Assembly: GCA_027459705.1 (NCBI GenBank) | Contig: DAIDHM010000123.1 | Location: 2,538-66,537, forward strand | DNA length: 64,000 bases | Direction of reading: 5' to 3' | Source: Ktedonobacteria bacterium | GTDB lineage: Bacteria; Chloroflexota; Ktedonobacteria; Ktedonobacterales; JACDGC01 | Shown here: positions 37,646 through 47,219 of the stretch, in pieces | How positions within the stretch are numbered: position 1 is the stretch's first letter | Layout of the letters: each line of letters begins with the position of its first letter | Position numbers and translations under genes: made by a program | Notes under the pieces: model-generated | The model's database searches: none | The model's input: only the letters and a program-made list of their open reading frames with translations | Told to the model about the DNA's origin: nothing

Positions 37646-38502
37646 ATTCCAGCATCCCACCACTCGTCACGCTGGTCGCCGAGCCACCAGAGGGCGACCA
37701 GCAGCCGCTACCACGGGACCTGGTGACTGCCTATGATGGCAATCTCTGGCTGCCCACGTCGCCGGAAGACCGCCCGTTGGTGCTGATGAATTTTGTGACA
37801 ACGCTGGATGGAGCAATCTCATTTGCGTTGCCTGGCAACGACACCGGAGCGGAGATCAGCGGGCATAGCGCGCAGGACCACGTTGTCATGGGCATCCTGC
37901 GCGCCTGCGCCGACGCCATCATCTGGGGCGCGGGTACCTACACCGCCACGAGTCGCTTCCTGGCGACCCCCGCTGCGATCATGCCGCCGTTAGCGGAGGC
38001 ATACGCCGCGCTGATGCTGGCGCGCGGCGGCGCACCCGCGCCGCTGGCGGTGATCCTCACCCGATCGGGCGAGATCCCCCTGGACGGCGCCCTCCTGACT
38101 CAAGGTCGCCAGCCCACGCTCATCGTCACCACCGCGGCGGCCGCCGCGCGCCTGCGCGGCATCGTAGCGCCCAACGTCTCGATCGCCACAGTCGCTGACG
38201 ACTATGCGCCAGGTACGATCCTGGCGCTGCTGCGGCGCGACTATGGCATCCGCAGCGCGTTGCTGGAAGGCGGCCCGCAGATTGTGGGCGCCTTCCTGGC
38301 AGCGGGCGTCATAGACACCTGTTTCCTGACGATCGCGCCGCAATTTGCTGGTCGATCAGAAGCCATGCCCAGACCTTCGCTCGTCGCGGGGCAGGCTTTC
38401 GCGCCAGCAACGGCACCGTGGGGACAATTGGTCAGCCTGAAGCGCGGCGGTGATCTGCTCTTTACGCGCTATCGTCTCGGGCCAGAGGTCCGCAAGCCAT
38501 AA
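37642..38502 (+). CDS. RibD C-terminal domain / dihydrofolate-reductase-like NADPH reductase family protein
   Basis: LVLMNFVTTLDGAISF...HVVMGILRACADAIIWGAGT...LLEGGPQIVGAFL. ATGA overlap with the permease stop. Confidence 0.75.
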   Translation: MNSSIPPLVTLVAEPPEGDQQPLPRDLVTAYDGNLWLPTSPEDRPLVLMNFVTTLDGAISFALPGNDTGAEISGHSAQDHVVMGILRACADAIIWGAGTYTATSRFLATPAAIMPPLAEAYAALMLARGGAPAPLAVILTRSGEIPLDGALLTQGRQPTLIVTTAAAAARLRGIVAPNVSIATVADDYAPGTILALLRRDYGIRSALLEGGPQIVGAFLAAGVIDTCFLTIAPQFAGRSEAMPRPSLVAGQAFAPATAPWGQLVSLKRGGDLLFTRYRLGPEVRKP

Positions 38503-38621
38503 CCGAGTGTGCCATATTCCATGGCGCGACCCGCTGGCGATGCGCGGCAGGGGCAGATTGATCAGCCAGCAAGAGTGAAACATATAAGTGAAAAATTCAC
38601 AGGACTTTTGGGGACAATTTC

Positions 38622-38650
38622 TTCAACTTTTAACATTCTGTCGGTATACT
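38622..38650 (+). promoter_or_regulatory. Promoter upstream of ppa
   Basis: TTCAAC (38622-38627), 17-nt spacer, TATACT (38645-38650). Confidence 0.45.
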
Positions 38651-38739
38651 TGCTTGGACGGTATGCGTGGCGATGGGATGCGCAAGAAATGCGTTATCAC
38701 AGGAGCGTGCCGATCCCATCATAGAGGAATAGTAGGCGC

Positions 38740-39291
38740 ATGGGACATATGTATCGCGAACGTTTGAACGCGGATTATGCCAAAGGCTGGGTCGAGACTA
38801 TGATCGAGATTCCCCGCGGTAGTCGTAATAAATACGAATATGATCATGAGCGTGGCGTGCTGCGGCTCGACCGCGTGCTCTACTCTGCTGTGCACTATCC
38901 CACGGACTATGGTTTTGTGCCTGGCACATTGGGTGGCGATGGCGATCCGCTGGACATCCTGGTCATCGTCGATGACCCGACCATTCCGGGATGCATCCTG
39001 CGCGCCCGACCAGTCGGCGTCCTGATCACTGCCGATGAGAAAGGCATGGATGAGAAGATCCTCTCCGTGCCGATGGATGACCCCCGCTTTGCGTCCATGA
39101 CCGACTTGCCACATGTCCCAGAACATCGCTTGCGCGAGATCGCCAACTTCTTTGCGACGTATAAAGTCCTTCAGGGCGTCACGACTGTAGTACGCGATTG
39201 GTTGACGCGCGATGCTGCCTGGCACGTGATCGGCGAGGCCGCGCGGCGCTTCGAAGCGGAGATGACCATTGTGCGTGGCCGCGTCGGTTGA
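38740..39291 (+). CDS. ppa: Inorganic pyrophosphatase, family I
   Basis: IEIPRGSRNKYEYDHERGVLRLDRVLYSAVHYPTDYGFVPGTLGGDGDPLDILV. Confidence 0.95.
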   Translation: MGHMYRERLNADYAKGWVETMIEIPRGSRNKYEYDHERGVLRLDRVLYSAVHYPTDYGFVPGTLGGDGDPLDILVIVDDPTIPGCILRARPVGVLITADEKGMDEKILSVPMDDPRFASMTDLPHVPEHRLREIANFFATYKVLQGVTTVVRDWLTRDAAWHVIGEAARRFEAEMTIVRGRVG

Positions 39292-39321
39292 TCTGGGCGA
39301 CGTACTGTACAGCTTCATGAT

Positions 39322-39360
39322 GCGAAATCGGCGGCAGGTGATCCTTGCCGCCGGTTTCGC
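39322..39360. terminator. 17-bp hairpin between convergent ppa and the cytochrome b gene
   Basis: GCGAAATCGGCGGCAGG-TGATC-CTTGCCGCCGGTTTCGC (two G-U pairs). A second 7-bp hairpin sits at 39371-39389. Confidence 0.6.
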
Positions 39361-39396
39361 GTTATATGACGGGCGATTGACTATCGCCCTCACGGA

Positions 39397-40980
39397 CTAC
39401 TTGCTTGACGATTTCGCCAGGGATTGTTCGACACTGCGATAGTGATCGCGCCAGATCAGGCGATGCACGCCGAGGTAACGCGGCAATTGATTGGCGCGGG
39501 GTATGTAGGGGAAGAAGATCATGATGGTCGTCAGGACCGCCATGGTCAACAAGACGGCGACATCCGCGTTAGGGCCATTGAATGGGCCAAAGGGCAACTG
39601 ATACCAGAAGGTGTAGAGCCAGAGCCACGCCTGGCCTGGGTAGCTGCCCGTTTCATTCATCATGCCCCACTGACTCCCCAGCAGGTTCAGGCTCTGGGCC
39701 TGGTTGGGCAGGGCGTTCTCGTTCAAGAACAGCAATGGTTTGGTATAGTTCGTCTGATAGAACTGTCCATCGCTCAGCAGCAAACCATCCAACGCGCCGC
39801 TCCGCGCGATCTGTAACAGGCCATCAAACATCACCGGCAACGGACCGTAATCACCGGTCGGCACGGTCAGATTCCCACTGCTGTCAACGGCCGCGCTGGG
39901 ATCCTGCAGGGCGGTGGAATATGCCGCTTCCCACTTCGCCTGTTGATCGGCCGAAGCGCTATTGAAGGTCTGCAGTGCCGCCTGGACGGTCGCATTCTGG
40001 ATCGTTCCCAGTGGTTGCAGCACGTAGCTCTGAGCGGTATCGATATTGATATGGACACCCGCCAGTTGCTGCAATGAGACCGGGCCAATCGATTGGACGG
40101 AGGATGTCCCAGTATTGTATGGTGGGCCATACTGCGCCAAATTGCTGCTACCGTCCAACTCGTTCAACGCCACCGTCACGAAGCCAACGGGATCGCTACT
40201 GGCGACACTCTGGATCGTCAAAGGTTTGATGTCTGGCGAGGAGAGGACGGAAGCGAAGACGATCACGACGAGGGTGACGATGCCCAACAGCACGGTCACT
40301 TCACGAATCAAGTCGTAGGGGATCATCTTGATGCCACGATAGTAAGCTTCCTGCGTCATGCCATGGGAATACCCTGTGACTTGCTCACCCTTCGCCGGGT
40401 AGGGTCGCACAACGCCGCGCAGTCGGACGAGAATAATGTGGCCCACGATGAGAGCCGCGATCGCCGCGGGGAGTAAGAAGATATGGAAACTGTACATCTG
40501 GCCGAAGTTCAACACGTTGAAGAACGATCCAACGCCGACCGAGTTGATGGCGTCTTTCGCCGAAACGCCGATCCATTGCGAATCGAAATTGCTCTGCGAG
40601 AGATAACCTGTGAAGGCCGTGCCGATGCTCACTGCGAAAGCGATAGCCCCTGTCACCCACGTGCGGCCACGACCATCGCGCCAGGCCCCCATGAAGAATG
40701 AACCCCAGAGGTGGAGCACCATGAAGAAGAAAAACGACTGGACGCTCCAGAAGTGGAGACTATTGAACCAATGCCCAACCGCGGAGGTGTGCCACCATTG
40801 CGGCCCAAAGAGCGCCAGGATGATGCCGGAGACAACGACAACGACGAGGCTCGCGATGGTGACGGCGCCGAAAAGGTAAACAGCGGAACGTACATACGCG
40901 GGTTGCTGATCAGGCAGGATATGTTCGATCGGCAGTTGCGTATTGAGGCGGCGGCGCAGGCTGCCAGTCCAATTACTCAT
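39397..40980 (-). CDS. Cytochrome b (b6/QcrB-like N-terminal domain) with a ~200-aa insertion in the C-terminal half
   Basis: Heme ligand pairs H76/H90 (13 residues between) and H166/H181 (14 between), as in b6/Bacillus-type cytochrome b. After TM5 a hydrophilic segment (about residues 248-445) precedes the last hydrophobic helices. Confidence 0.8.
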   Translation of the reverse strand: MSNWTGSLRRRLNTQLPIEHILPDQQPAYVRSAVYLFGAVTIASLVVVVVSGIILALFGPQWWHTSAVGHWFNSLHFWSVQSFFFFMVLHLWGSFFMGAWRDGRGRTWVTGAIAFAVSIGTAFTGYLSQSNFDSQWIGVSAKDAINSVGVGSFFNVLNFGQMYSFHIFLLPAAIAALIVGHIILVRLRGVVRPYPAKGEQVTGYSHGMTQEAYYRGIKMIPYDLIREVTVLLGIVTLVVIVFASVLSSPDIKPLTIQSVASSDPVGFVTVALNELDGSSNLAQYGPPYNTGTSSVQSIGPVSLQQLAGVHINIDTAQSYVLQPLGTIQNATVQAALQTFNSASADQQAKWEAAYSTALQDPSAAVDSSGNLTVPTGDYGPLPVMFDGLLQIARSGALDGLLLSDGQFYQTNYTKPLLFLNENALPNQAQSLNLLGSQWGMMNETGSYPGQAWLWLYTFWYQLPFGPFNGPNADVAVLLTMAVLTTIMIFFPYIPRANQLPRYLGVHRLIWRDHYRSVEQSLAKSSSK

Positions 40981-41144
40981 CGCCGTTCCTCCGTCTTCTC
41001 GGTGGAAGTCGTCGTCCCCTCGAGTGGGTTTTCCGCTGGCAAACGAACTGCTGTGGCGATGACGAAAGCGACGACCATCAAGCCGATCACGATTAAGTTA
41101 GGCACCGTGATTAAGAAGATGCCGAAGTGAATGTACTGAGACAT
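40977..41144 (-). CDS. Small single-TM protein (55 aa) translationally coupled to cytochrome b
   Basis: GAGGAG SD 6 nt before ATG 41144. The stop overlaps the cytochrome b start (ATGA at 40977-40980). MSQYIHFGIFLITVPNLIVIGLMVVAFVIATAV.... Confidence 0.55.
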   Translation of the reverse strand: MSQYIHFGIFLITVPNLIVIGLMVVAFVIATAVRLPAENPLEGTTTSTEKTEERR

Positions 41145-41304
41145 GCTCTTCTCCTCTACCGATGGCAAACAACATGGATTGTCATGTTGGTTGCCCTGTA
41201 AAACCGTTCTGATCCCTCATGTGCAGTTCCTTCGCTTGTGATTGTATCCTATATGAGAGTATAGTGAGACTACTTTTGCTCACAAACGAGGCACAGTCCA
41301 ATTC

Positions 41305-42645
41305 ATGAAGGATCCTACTCTGACCAGCACTCCTCATATCAATCAGGAGCGGCGGCCAGCAAATGGCACATTGATATCACGCTTCTGGCCAAATTGGATC
41401 AGCCGTGACATGAGTTTGATCCTGTTGGCGCGAGCCGGCATGAGCACCATGCGCGGCCTGGCAGGCGTCCTGACGCCGATCTACCTGGCATTGATCGGGT
41501 TCAGTGCCCTGCGTCTTGGGCTGCTTTTTACCGTAGTTGGCCTGACCTCAACGATCTTCACCTTGATGATCGGCTTCACCTCTGATCGCATCGGTCGCAA
41601 AATCTTCCTGATCGTCTTACCCGTAATGGCGGCAGGAGCGGGGGTCGTTTTTGCCCTGACGACGAATGTGACGGCGATCTTCATCGCCGCCGCTTTGGGC
41701 ACCTTCGGTCGCGGAGCTGGCGCCGGCGCTGGCGCGGTCGGCCCCTATATGCCAGCGGAGTCGGCATTGTTAGCAGAGAAAGTCGCCCCGCGGTACCGCA
41801 ACAGCCTCTTTGGGCGCGCCGCCTTCGCCGCGAACCTCGGCGCGTTGCTGGGGGGTGGATTGCTGGCAACCCTGCCCGATGTATTGCCGCATTTTCATGT
41901 TCCTACGATGACGGCATTCCGCATCGCCTATGGCATCGCGGCGGTTCTGTCGCTGGTGTCTGGGCTGATCGTGCTCCCTATCGCCGACGCGCGGCCCGTA
42001 CGAGCGCCACGGACGAGCCGACAACGCGGCGTGATCTTTTCGCGCGCGACCTGGGGAATCTTGATAAAGTTGGGTGTGACCAATGCCTTCAATGGTACCG
42101 CCGTAGGGTTCTTTGGTCCATTCATCACCTATTGGCTTTTCCGACGGTATGGTGCTGGTCCGGCGGCGATTGGCTTGCTCTTCTCGATCATCAACATCGC
42201 CACACTGGTCTCGAATCTGGGAGCGGCAGGGTTGGCGCGGCGTTTCGGCCTGGTCCGTGCTATCGTCTTTGGCCGCATCTTGCAAGCCATCCTGATTGTG
42301 CCGATGGTGCTGGCGCCGACGTTCTGGCTGGCGGGGATGGTCTACCTGGTCCGCATGCTGGCGCAGCGCGTGGCATTACCGTTGCGCCAATCCTACGTGA
42401 TGGGCGTCATCCCCAATGACGAACGCGCCTCGGCCAGTGCGCTTTCGAATCTGCCGTCGCAGCTCACGATGTCAGTCAGTCCGTCGATTGCTGGGGCAAT
42501 CTTTGACACTGGCCAACTGGCGCTGCCTTTTGAGATCGGCGCCTTGTTACAACTCATCAATGCGCTCCTTTTCGGCGTCTTTTTCAACAAACTGCGCCCT
42601 CCTGAGGAAGATGGCGACAGTGCGCCAGCGGAAAGCGCGTCTTGA
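41305..42645 (+). CDS. MFS transporter
   Basis: 12-TM pattern with the MFS loop motif GFTSDRIGRKIF. Confidence 0.85.
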   Translation: MKDPTLTSTPHINQERRPANGTLISRFWPNWISRDMSLILLARAGMSTMRGLAGVLTPIYLALIGFSALRLGLLFTVVGLTSTIFTLMIGFTSDRIGRKIFLIVLPVMAAGAGVVFALTTNVTAIFIAAALGTFGRGAGAGAGAVGPYMPAESALLAEKVAPRYRNSLFGRAAFAANLGALLGGGLLATLPDVLPHFHVPTMTAFRIAYGIAAVLSLVSGLIVLPIADARPVRAPRTSRQRGVIFSRATWGILIKLGVTNAFNGTAVGFFGPFITYWLFRRYGAGPAAIGLLFSIINIATLVSNLGAAGLARRFGLVRAIVFGRILQAILIVPMVLAPTFWLAGMVYLVRMLAQRVALPLRQSYVMGVIPNDERASASALSNLPSQLTMSVSPSIAGAIFDTGQLALPFEIGALLQLINALLFGVFFNKLRPPEEDGDSAPAESAS

Positions 42646-42695
42646 TGCCACTATCAGATTGCCCAGGTGGCTGTCAGCATCGCCCGGCGTCTGCG

Positions 42696-43940
42696 TCAGG
42701 CATATGGTGGGACGGGCACGCGCCTGAACAGAGCCCAGAGCGTGAGATCGTATCCGCTCTTCAGTGCGCCAGCCAGTATGAAAGGCAACCCGAGGCCCAG
42801 CAAAACTCCGCTGAGCAGCACCCCCGCAATGGTCGGACTGATCCCCGCACCCATGTTGCGCGCCAGTGTTGTCACGCTGGCCGCGGCGGTGCGCTCCGAG
42901 GGTGCTACCAGCACCATCGTATAGGCCTGGCGGGTTGGCACATCCATCTGCGAGAGTGTCTGCCGTAGCAACAGGACGATGCCGCCAATGGCGAAATTTG
43001 GCATCAAGGGGATGAGCGCGAGGAGGATGTTGGATGGCAAGTGCGTGAAGACCATCGTGTTCAGCAAACCAATCCGGCGCGCCAACCGCGGCGCAAGCAA
43101 GATCGATAGCGCCGCCAGGATATTGGCGGCAAAGAAGAGCGCTCCCAGCACAGCGAGCGAGACGCCGAACCGCAAATGAAAATAGAGCGCCATCAACGCC
43201 TGTGAGGTCAACCCACCAGCAAAAGCGTCAATGCTGAAGAGCGCGGCTAACCGTGCCACAATGCCGCGAGATTCCTGCAACGGCGGGAGCGCGCGACGCC
43301 AACCGGTAGCGCGTGTTACCGTCGGCGCTTCGATTGCGGGTGAGAGTTGGGAGATAAGGAAACCCACGATGATCGCGATCAGTACATACCCACCAAACAT
43401 CAGTTGTAGACCCTGATCTAGCGCCAGCCCCCAGCGCGCCAGGAGATCAGGCAGCCCCGCGGCCAGTGCGCCGAGCGCCGTCCCAAGCGAGGCCACCATG
43501 TTATAGCGTGCGAACGCCTCCGCGTGTTTGCCATCTGCCGCGCTCAGTGTCACCTGCGCCAACATCGCCTGATCGATCGCCAGGAAGGGCGCTGTCTCGG
43601 CCGCGGCTGTCCCCAGTGTGCCAGCGAACGCCGCTACCAGCAATAACGGATACCACCCGCTCACGGCAAAGATCGTACCCGCCAGCGCCATGAGGAGCGT
43701 CAGGCCCAGCAGCGTGCGCCGTCTTCCCCAACCATCAGCGCCGATGCCGATGAGATACGTACCGACCAAATCTCCCAGCAGTGCCACGGTGAGGATGCCA
43801 CCGATCGCCAGGGGACTGAATCCTCGGCGCGTCAACGCGACCGTTAACACAATTCCCAGCATGCCATAGGCAAATTGTCGTAACCCGCGTGCCAGGGTTA
43901 TGATCGCCCTGTCGGATACCCACATTTTTCCCTGGTTCAT
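42696..43940 (-). CDS. MFS transporter
   Basis: 12-TM pattern with the loop motif IGADGWGRRRTL. Confidence 0.85.
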   Translation of the reverse strand: MNQGKMWVSDRAIITLARGLRQFAYGMLGIVLTVALTRRGFSPLAIGGILTVALLGDLVGTYLIGIGADGWGRRRTLLGLTLLMALAGTIFAVSGWYPLLLVAAFAGTLGTAAAETAPFLAIDQAMLAQVTLSAADGKHAEAFARYNMVASLGTALGALAAGLPDLLARWGLALDQGLQLMFGGYVLIAIIVGFLISQLSPAIEAPTVTRATGWRRALPPLQESRGIVARLAALFSIDAFAGGLTSQALMALYFHLRFGVSLAVLGALFFAANILAALSILLAPRLARRIGLLNTMVFTHLPSNILLALIPLMPNFAIGGIVLLLRQTLSQMDVPTRQAYTMVLVAPSERTAAASVTTLARNMGAGISPTIAGVLLSGVLLGLGLPFILAGALKSGYDLTLWALFRRVPVPPYA

Positions 43941-44078
43941 GAGATGTGGGCACCAGATGTCATGGCGCGATGGGCAGTGAGGAAACTCATGATGCGCCTA
44001 CGAGCAACCAGGGGCCACTTGTTGCACCAGCGGATATTCTTGAGAAGCGCATCAGTGCTTGCTCCCAGGATCGGATAT

Positions 44079-45185
44079 TCAGTCATGTTGGGCGACGAAG
44101 ATGCTCGCTGGCTGACCAAGGACGACAATGACGATTTTTTTGGTAACACGCCAACCACCATTGCGCAAGGTTACATCCCAAAGACGATCATCGCTGGTAA
44201 TCGTCACGGCGATCCCATTCGGACGCAGGACGCGCGCGAATTCGCTCGCCAGCACATGATACAGTTCCGCATTCTCTTGCGGCGACCCAATCTGTTTGCC
44301 AAACGGAAGGTTAGTGAGGATTCGCGTGACACTATTCGCGTCCATCTTCAAAGTGCGCGCATCACCTACGTACCAGGAGATACCGACACCCGCGTGGCGG
44401 GCATTGCGCCGCGCCAGGGTCACCGCCTCGTCTTCAATATCACTGCCGATCGCGCGATCATAGGTATCGGCCAGTGCGCGTTCAATGAGCAAGGTGCCAG
44501 CGCCACACATTGGATCCAGGATGATGTCATCTGGCTGAGGTTGCGAGAGTCTCACCATCGCTGCCGCGATTGTCGGACGCAAAGACGCAGGCAGATGTTC
44601 GTGCTTGTAAGTACGATGGCGCATGGTCGCGTCGCTCAGTCGCAGGCCGATGAGCGCCTGACTCCCCTGCAACCAGAGCCAGAATTCAACATCAGCCTCG
44701 TCCGCGCTGAACCGCATGCGTTGGGGCATGCGGTCGCGCAGAGCGTCGATGATGGCCTGCCCCGCGTCCATGCGGCGGAATTCATGCTGGCCTTCCAGTT
44801 GGCTCACGACGCGCCACGTCTCGGCGAGCGACATATTATGTAGCCTACGCCAATAGTTCAGCGCCCCCAGCACATCCGCATGTTCTGTCGCGCTATGCAA
44901 CACCCGCAACGCGCTCACCGATCTGCCGAGCGAATGGATTCGGGTCAATAAGAAAAATATATCTTCAGTCGTCCGCAAGGTGAGTAACTCGGCCGGTGCA
45001 GCCATTGTCGTGAAGATCACCACGCCGCGCGCGAAGCGCACCAGCGTCGAATCCGGAAAGCGCTGGTGAATCTCACTATAGGCCGTCGTCTCGATACCCG
45101 GCATCGTCAACGCATAATACGTCGGTATGACGGGTTCATGGCTTTTCTGGGCGGGAGGTTGTGCATCCTGTTTCATGGATATCAT
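44079..45185 (-). CDS. THUMP-domain RNA methyltransferase (UPF0020 / Trm14-RlmL-like)
   Basis: N-terminal THUMP-like region, SAM motif ILDPMCGAGTLLIE, catalytic TNLPFGKQIG. Start set at ATG 45185; the ORF-track start is 45353. Confidence 0.8.
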   Translation of the reverse strand: MISMKQDAQPPAQKSHEPVIPTYYALTMPGIETTAYSEIHQRFPDSTLVRFARGVVIFTTMAAPAELLTLRTTEDIFFLLTRIHSLGRSVSALRVLHSATEHADVLGALNYWRRLHNMSLAETWRVVSQLEGQHEFRRMDAGQAIIDALRDRMPQRMRFSADEADVEFWLWLQGSQALIGLRLSDATMRHRTYKHEHLPASLRPTIAAAMVRLSQPQPDDIILDPMCGAGTLLIERALADTYDRAIGSDIEDEAVTLARRNARHAGVGISWYVGDARTLKMDANSVTRILTNLPFGKQIGSPQENAELYHVLASEFARVLRPNGIAVTITSDDRLWDVTLRNGGWRVTKKIVIVVLGQPASIFVAQHD

Positions 45186-45352
45186 TGTATCACGCGCGAG
45201 TGAGGGATCGCGCCTTGTCGCTTGCGGCACTTTCCGTATATACTGAGGCGACCAGTGATGAGTCCTCAACGCGCACGTCAACTGGTCTCCGCTTTGTTGA
45301 GACAACTCTGAACGGCTGTCCTTAACGCGCTCGCCCGAGAGGAGCATAGCCA

Positions 45353-46306
45353 ATGCATGACGACATTACCGATGTGCCCGGCATATCGGTGGGCCATGAT
45401 ACAAACCAAGCGGCGATGACGGGCTGCACCGTGATTCTCTGTGATCCCTTCGCGATCGGCGGCGTCGATGTGCGCGGTGGCGCGCCCGGGACCCGCGAGA
45501 CCGATCTTTTGGCACCGACCTGCCTGGTACAACAAGTCAATGCGGTCTTGTTAACGGGCGGCAGCGCTTTTGGGCTCGACGCGGCGACCGGGGTCATGCA
45601 TGCACTTGAAGAGCAAGGCATCGGCTATGATACGGGCTTTGCTCGCGTGCCGATTGTGCCCGCCGCGGTGCTCTATGATCTCGGCGTGGGCGACCCCACT
45701 GTGCGGCCAGACGCGGCCAGTGGCGCACGCGCGGTGGGAGCCGCCTCAGCCGGACCGATCGCGCAGGGGAGTGTTGGGGCCGGCACTGGCGCGACTTACA
45801 ATAAGATCGCTGGTCCAACAAAGGCCAAAAAAGGTGGTATTGGCAGCGCCAGCATCGAGATGCCCGACGGGACGATTGTTGGCGCGTTGGTCGCTGTGAA
45901 TGCTTTCGGGGACGTACGCTCCACCTATGCCGCCAGTGATTTCTTGCATCCATCAAGTTGGGTGGAACACCCTTTCACGCGCAGTGATGACGCCGACGAT
46001 GACGATGACGATATGCGACGCGAGGATCCGCCATTGCTAGGAAACACCACACTGGCGGTTGTGGCGACATCGGCGCGATTGGATAAATCGCAAGCCAACA
46101 AATTGGCGCAGATGGCTCACGACGGGCTGGCGCGGGTGATCAACCCCTTGCACACCCCTTTTGACGGGGACGTTGTCTTCGCGCTCTCCATACCGGATAC
46201 GAGTGGAATGCCCGTCCCGCTCTCGCCCCTTGAGTTCACAGAGCTTGGCGCCGTGGCGGCCGATATTCTGGCACTCGCCGTCCTACGCGCGGCCGAACGC
46301 GCATGA
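45353..46306 (+). CDS. DmpA/BapA-family (peptidase S58 / P1) Ntn aminopeptidase
   Basis: DVPGISVGHDT...TGCTVIL...LTGGSAFGLDAATGVM.... Self-processing site context LLGN-TTLAVVAT. GAGGAG SD present. Confidence 0.85.
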   Translation: MHDDITDVPGISVGHDTNQAAMTGCTVILCDPFAIGGVDVRGGAPGTRETDLLAPTCLVQQVNAVLLTGGSAFGLDAATGVMHALEEQGIGYDTGFARVPIVPAAVLYDLGVGDPTVRPDAASGARAVGAASAGPIAQGSVGAGTGATYNKIAGPTKAKKGGIGSASIEMPDGTIVGALVAVNAFGDVRSTYAASDFLHPSSWVEHPFTRSDDADDDDDDMRREDPPLLGNTTLAVVATSARLDKSQANKLAQMAHDGLARVINPLHTPFDGDVVFALSIPDTSGMPVPLSPLEFTELGAVAADILALAVLRAAERA

Positions 46307-46492
46307 ATGGCACGTTTTGGTCAGTTGGCGCTGTTTTTCGCCGCCATTTGGGGAAGTCGCGCGGGTAGGATGTTGGACTATAATAGTTAATAGGCAAGGT
46401 ATCGAATCCGCACCATTGAGGATGTTTCCAGGCGCGGAATTCGCATTGCCAGGTTCGTGCCAAACGAACGATGAGAAATCGAGGGCTTATCC

Positions 46493-47029
46493 ATGCATCT
46501 TACTGAACTTCCCCACATCCTCCACCGGAGTGCACCGCCAGGACGCTGGTATACCCGCTTTCTCCCCAGCCAGGATCACGGACAGCAGCCGCTGGCTGTG
46601 GCGGCTCTGGCCGGAACCGTAGCGGCTGCGGCCTACGCGGCGGAGATGTATGTCGACAAAGCCGTCACCGGGAGCGATTTTGACGATATTCAACTGGTAG
46701 AATCGGCGATCCGAGGACGTATGGCGCGCGTGCCGGTGCTCGGGATGTCCATCCATCTTGCTAACGGTGCGGCGCTGGCTGTCATTTATGATCAGTTGGT
46801 TCGTCCACGCCTGCGCGGCCCTGCCTGGGTACGCGGCCTCACCTTCGGACTGATGTTTCTCGCGGCGGTCTGGCCCCTGACCCCATTGGTCGACCGCCTG
46901 CATCCATTGATACGGCGCGGCGAGATGCCACGCCTCGCGCGCCCTACGCCCTTTGCGCAAAATGTCGCACGGCACCTGGTGTTTGGTCTCGTGGTAGGTC
47001 TCGTGTGTCCTGGCCGGAAGCCGCGCTAG
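46493..47029 (+). CDS. Hypothetical membrane protein (178 aa)
   Basis: ORF with a GAGGG SD-like element. 3-4 hydrophobic segments. No family recognised. Confidence 0.5.
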   Translation: MHLTELPHILHRSAPPGRWYTRFLPSQDHGQQPLAVAALAGTVAAAAYAAEMYVDKAVTGSDFDDIQLVESAIRGRMARVPVLGMSIHLANGAALAVIYDQLVRPRLRGPAWVRGLTFGLMFLAAVWPLTPLVDRLHPLIRRGEMPRLARPTPFAQNVARHLVFGLVVGLVCPGRKPR

Positions 47030-47219
47030 GTCATATGGGGGAAGAGGTCACCGCCACATGCCCTAGCGGGGTTGCCTTACGTGACGGTTTCTTGTACATT
47101 GCGTCTTAGATATCGTACAGACAAGAGGGTGCGGGACCGCGAGAGCGCAACGATTCGCGCTCAACTCGCAGGGAAAGGAGGCGGCGCATAATACCTTTGC
47201 GCGTAAGCTCAGGGGTCGT

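Noticed and set aside
43944-44843. 299-aa plus-strand ORF.
   Set aside because: It is fully antisense to the THUMP methyltransferase, which has clear SAM and catalytic motifs. Its composition is typical of a shadow ORF in GC-rich DNA.
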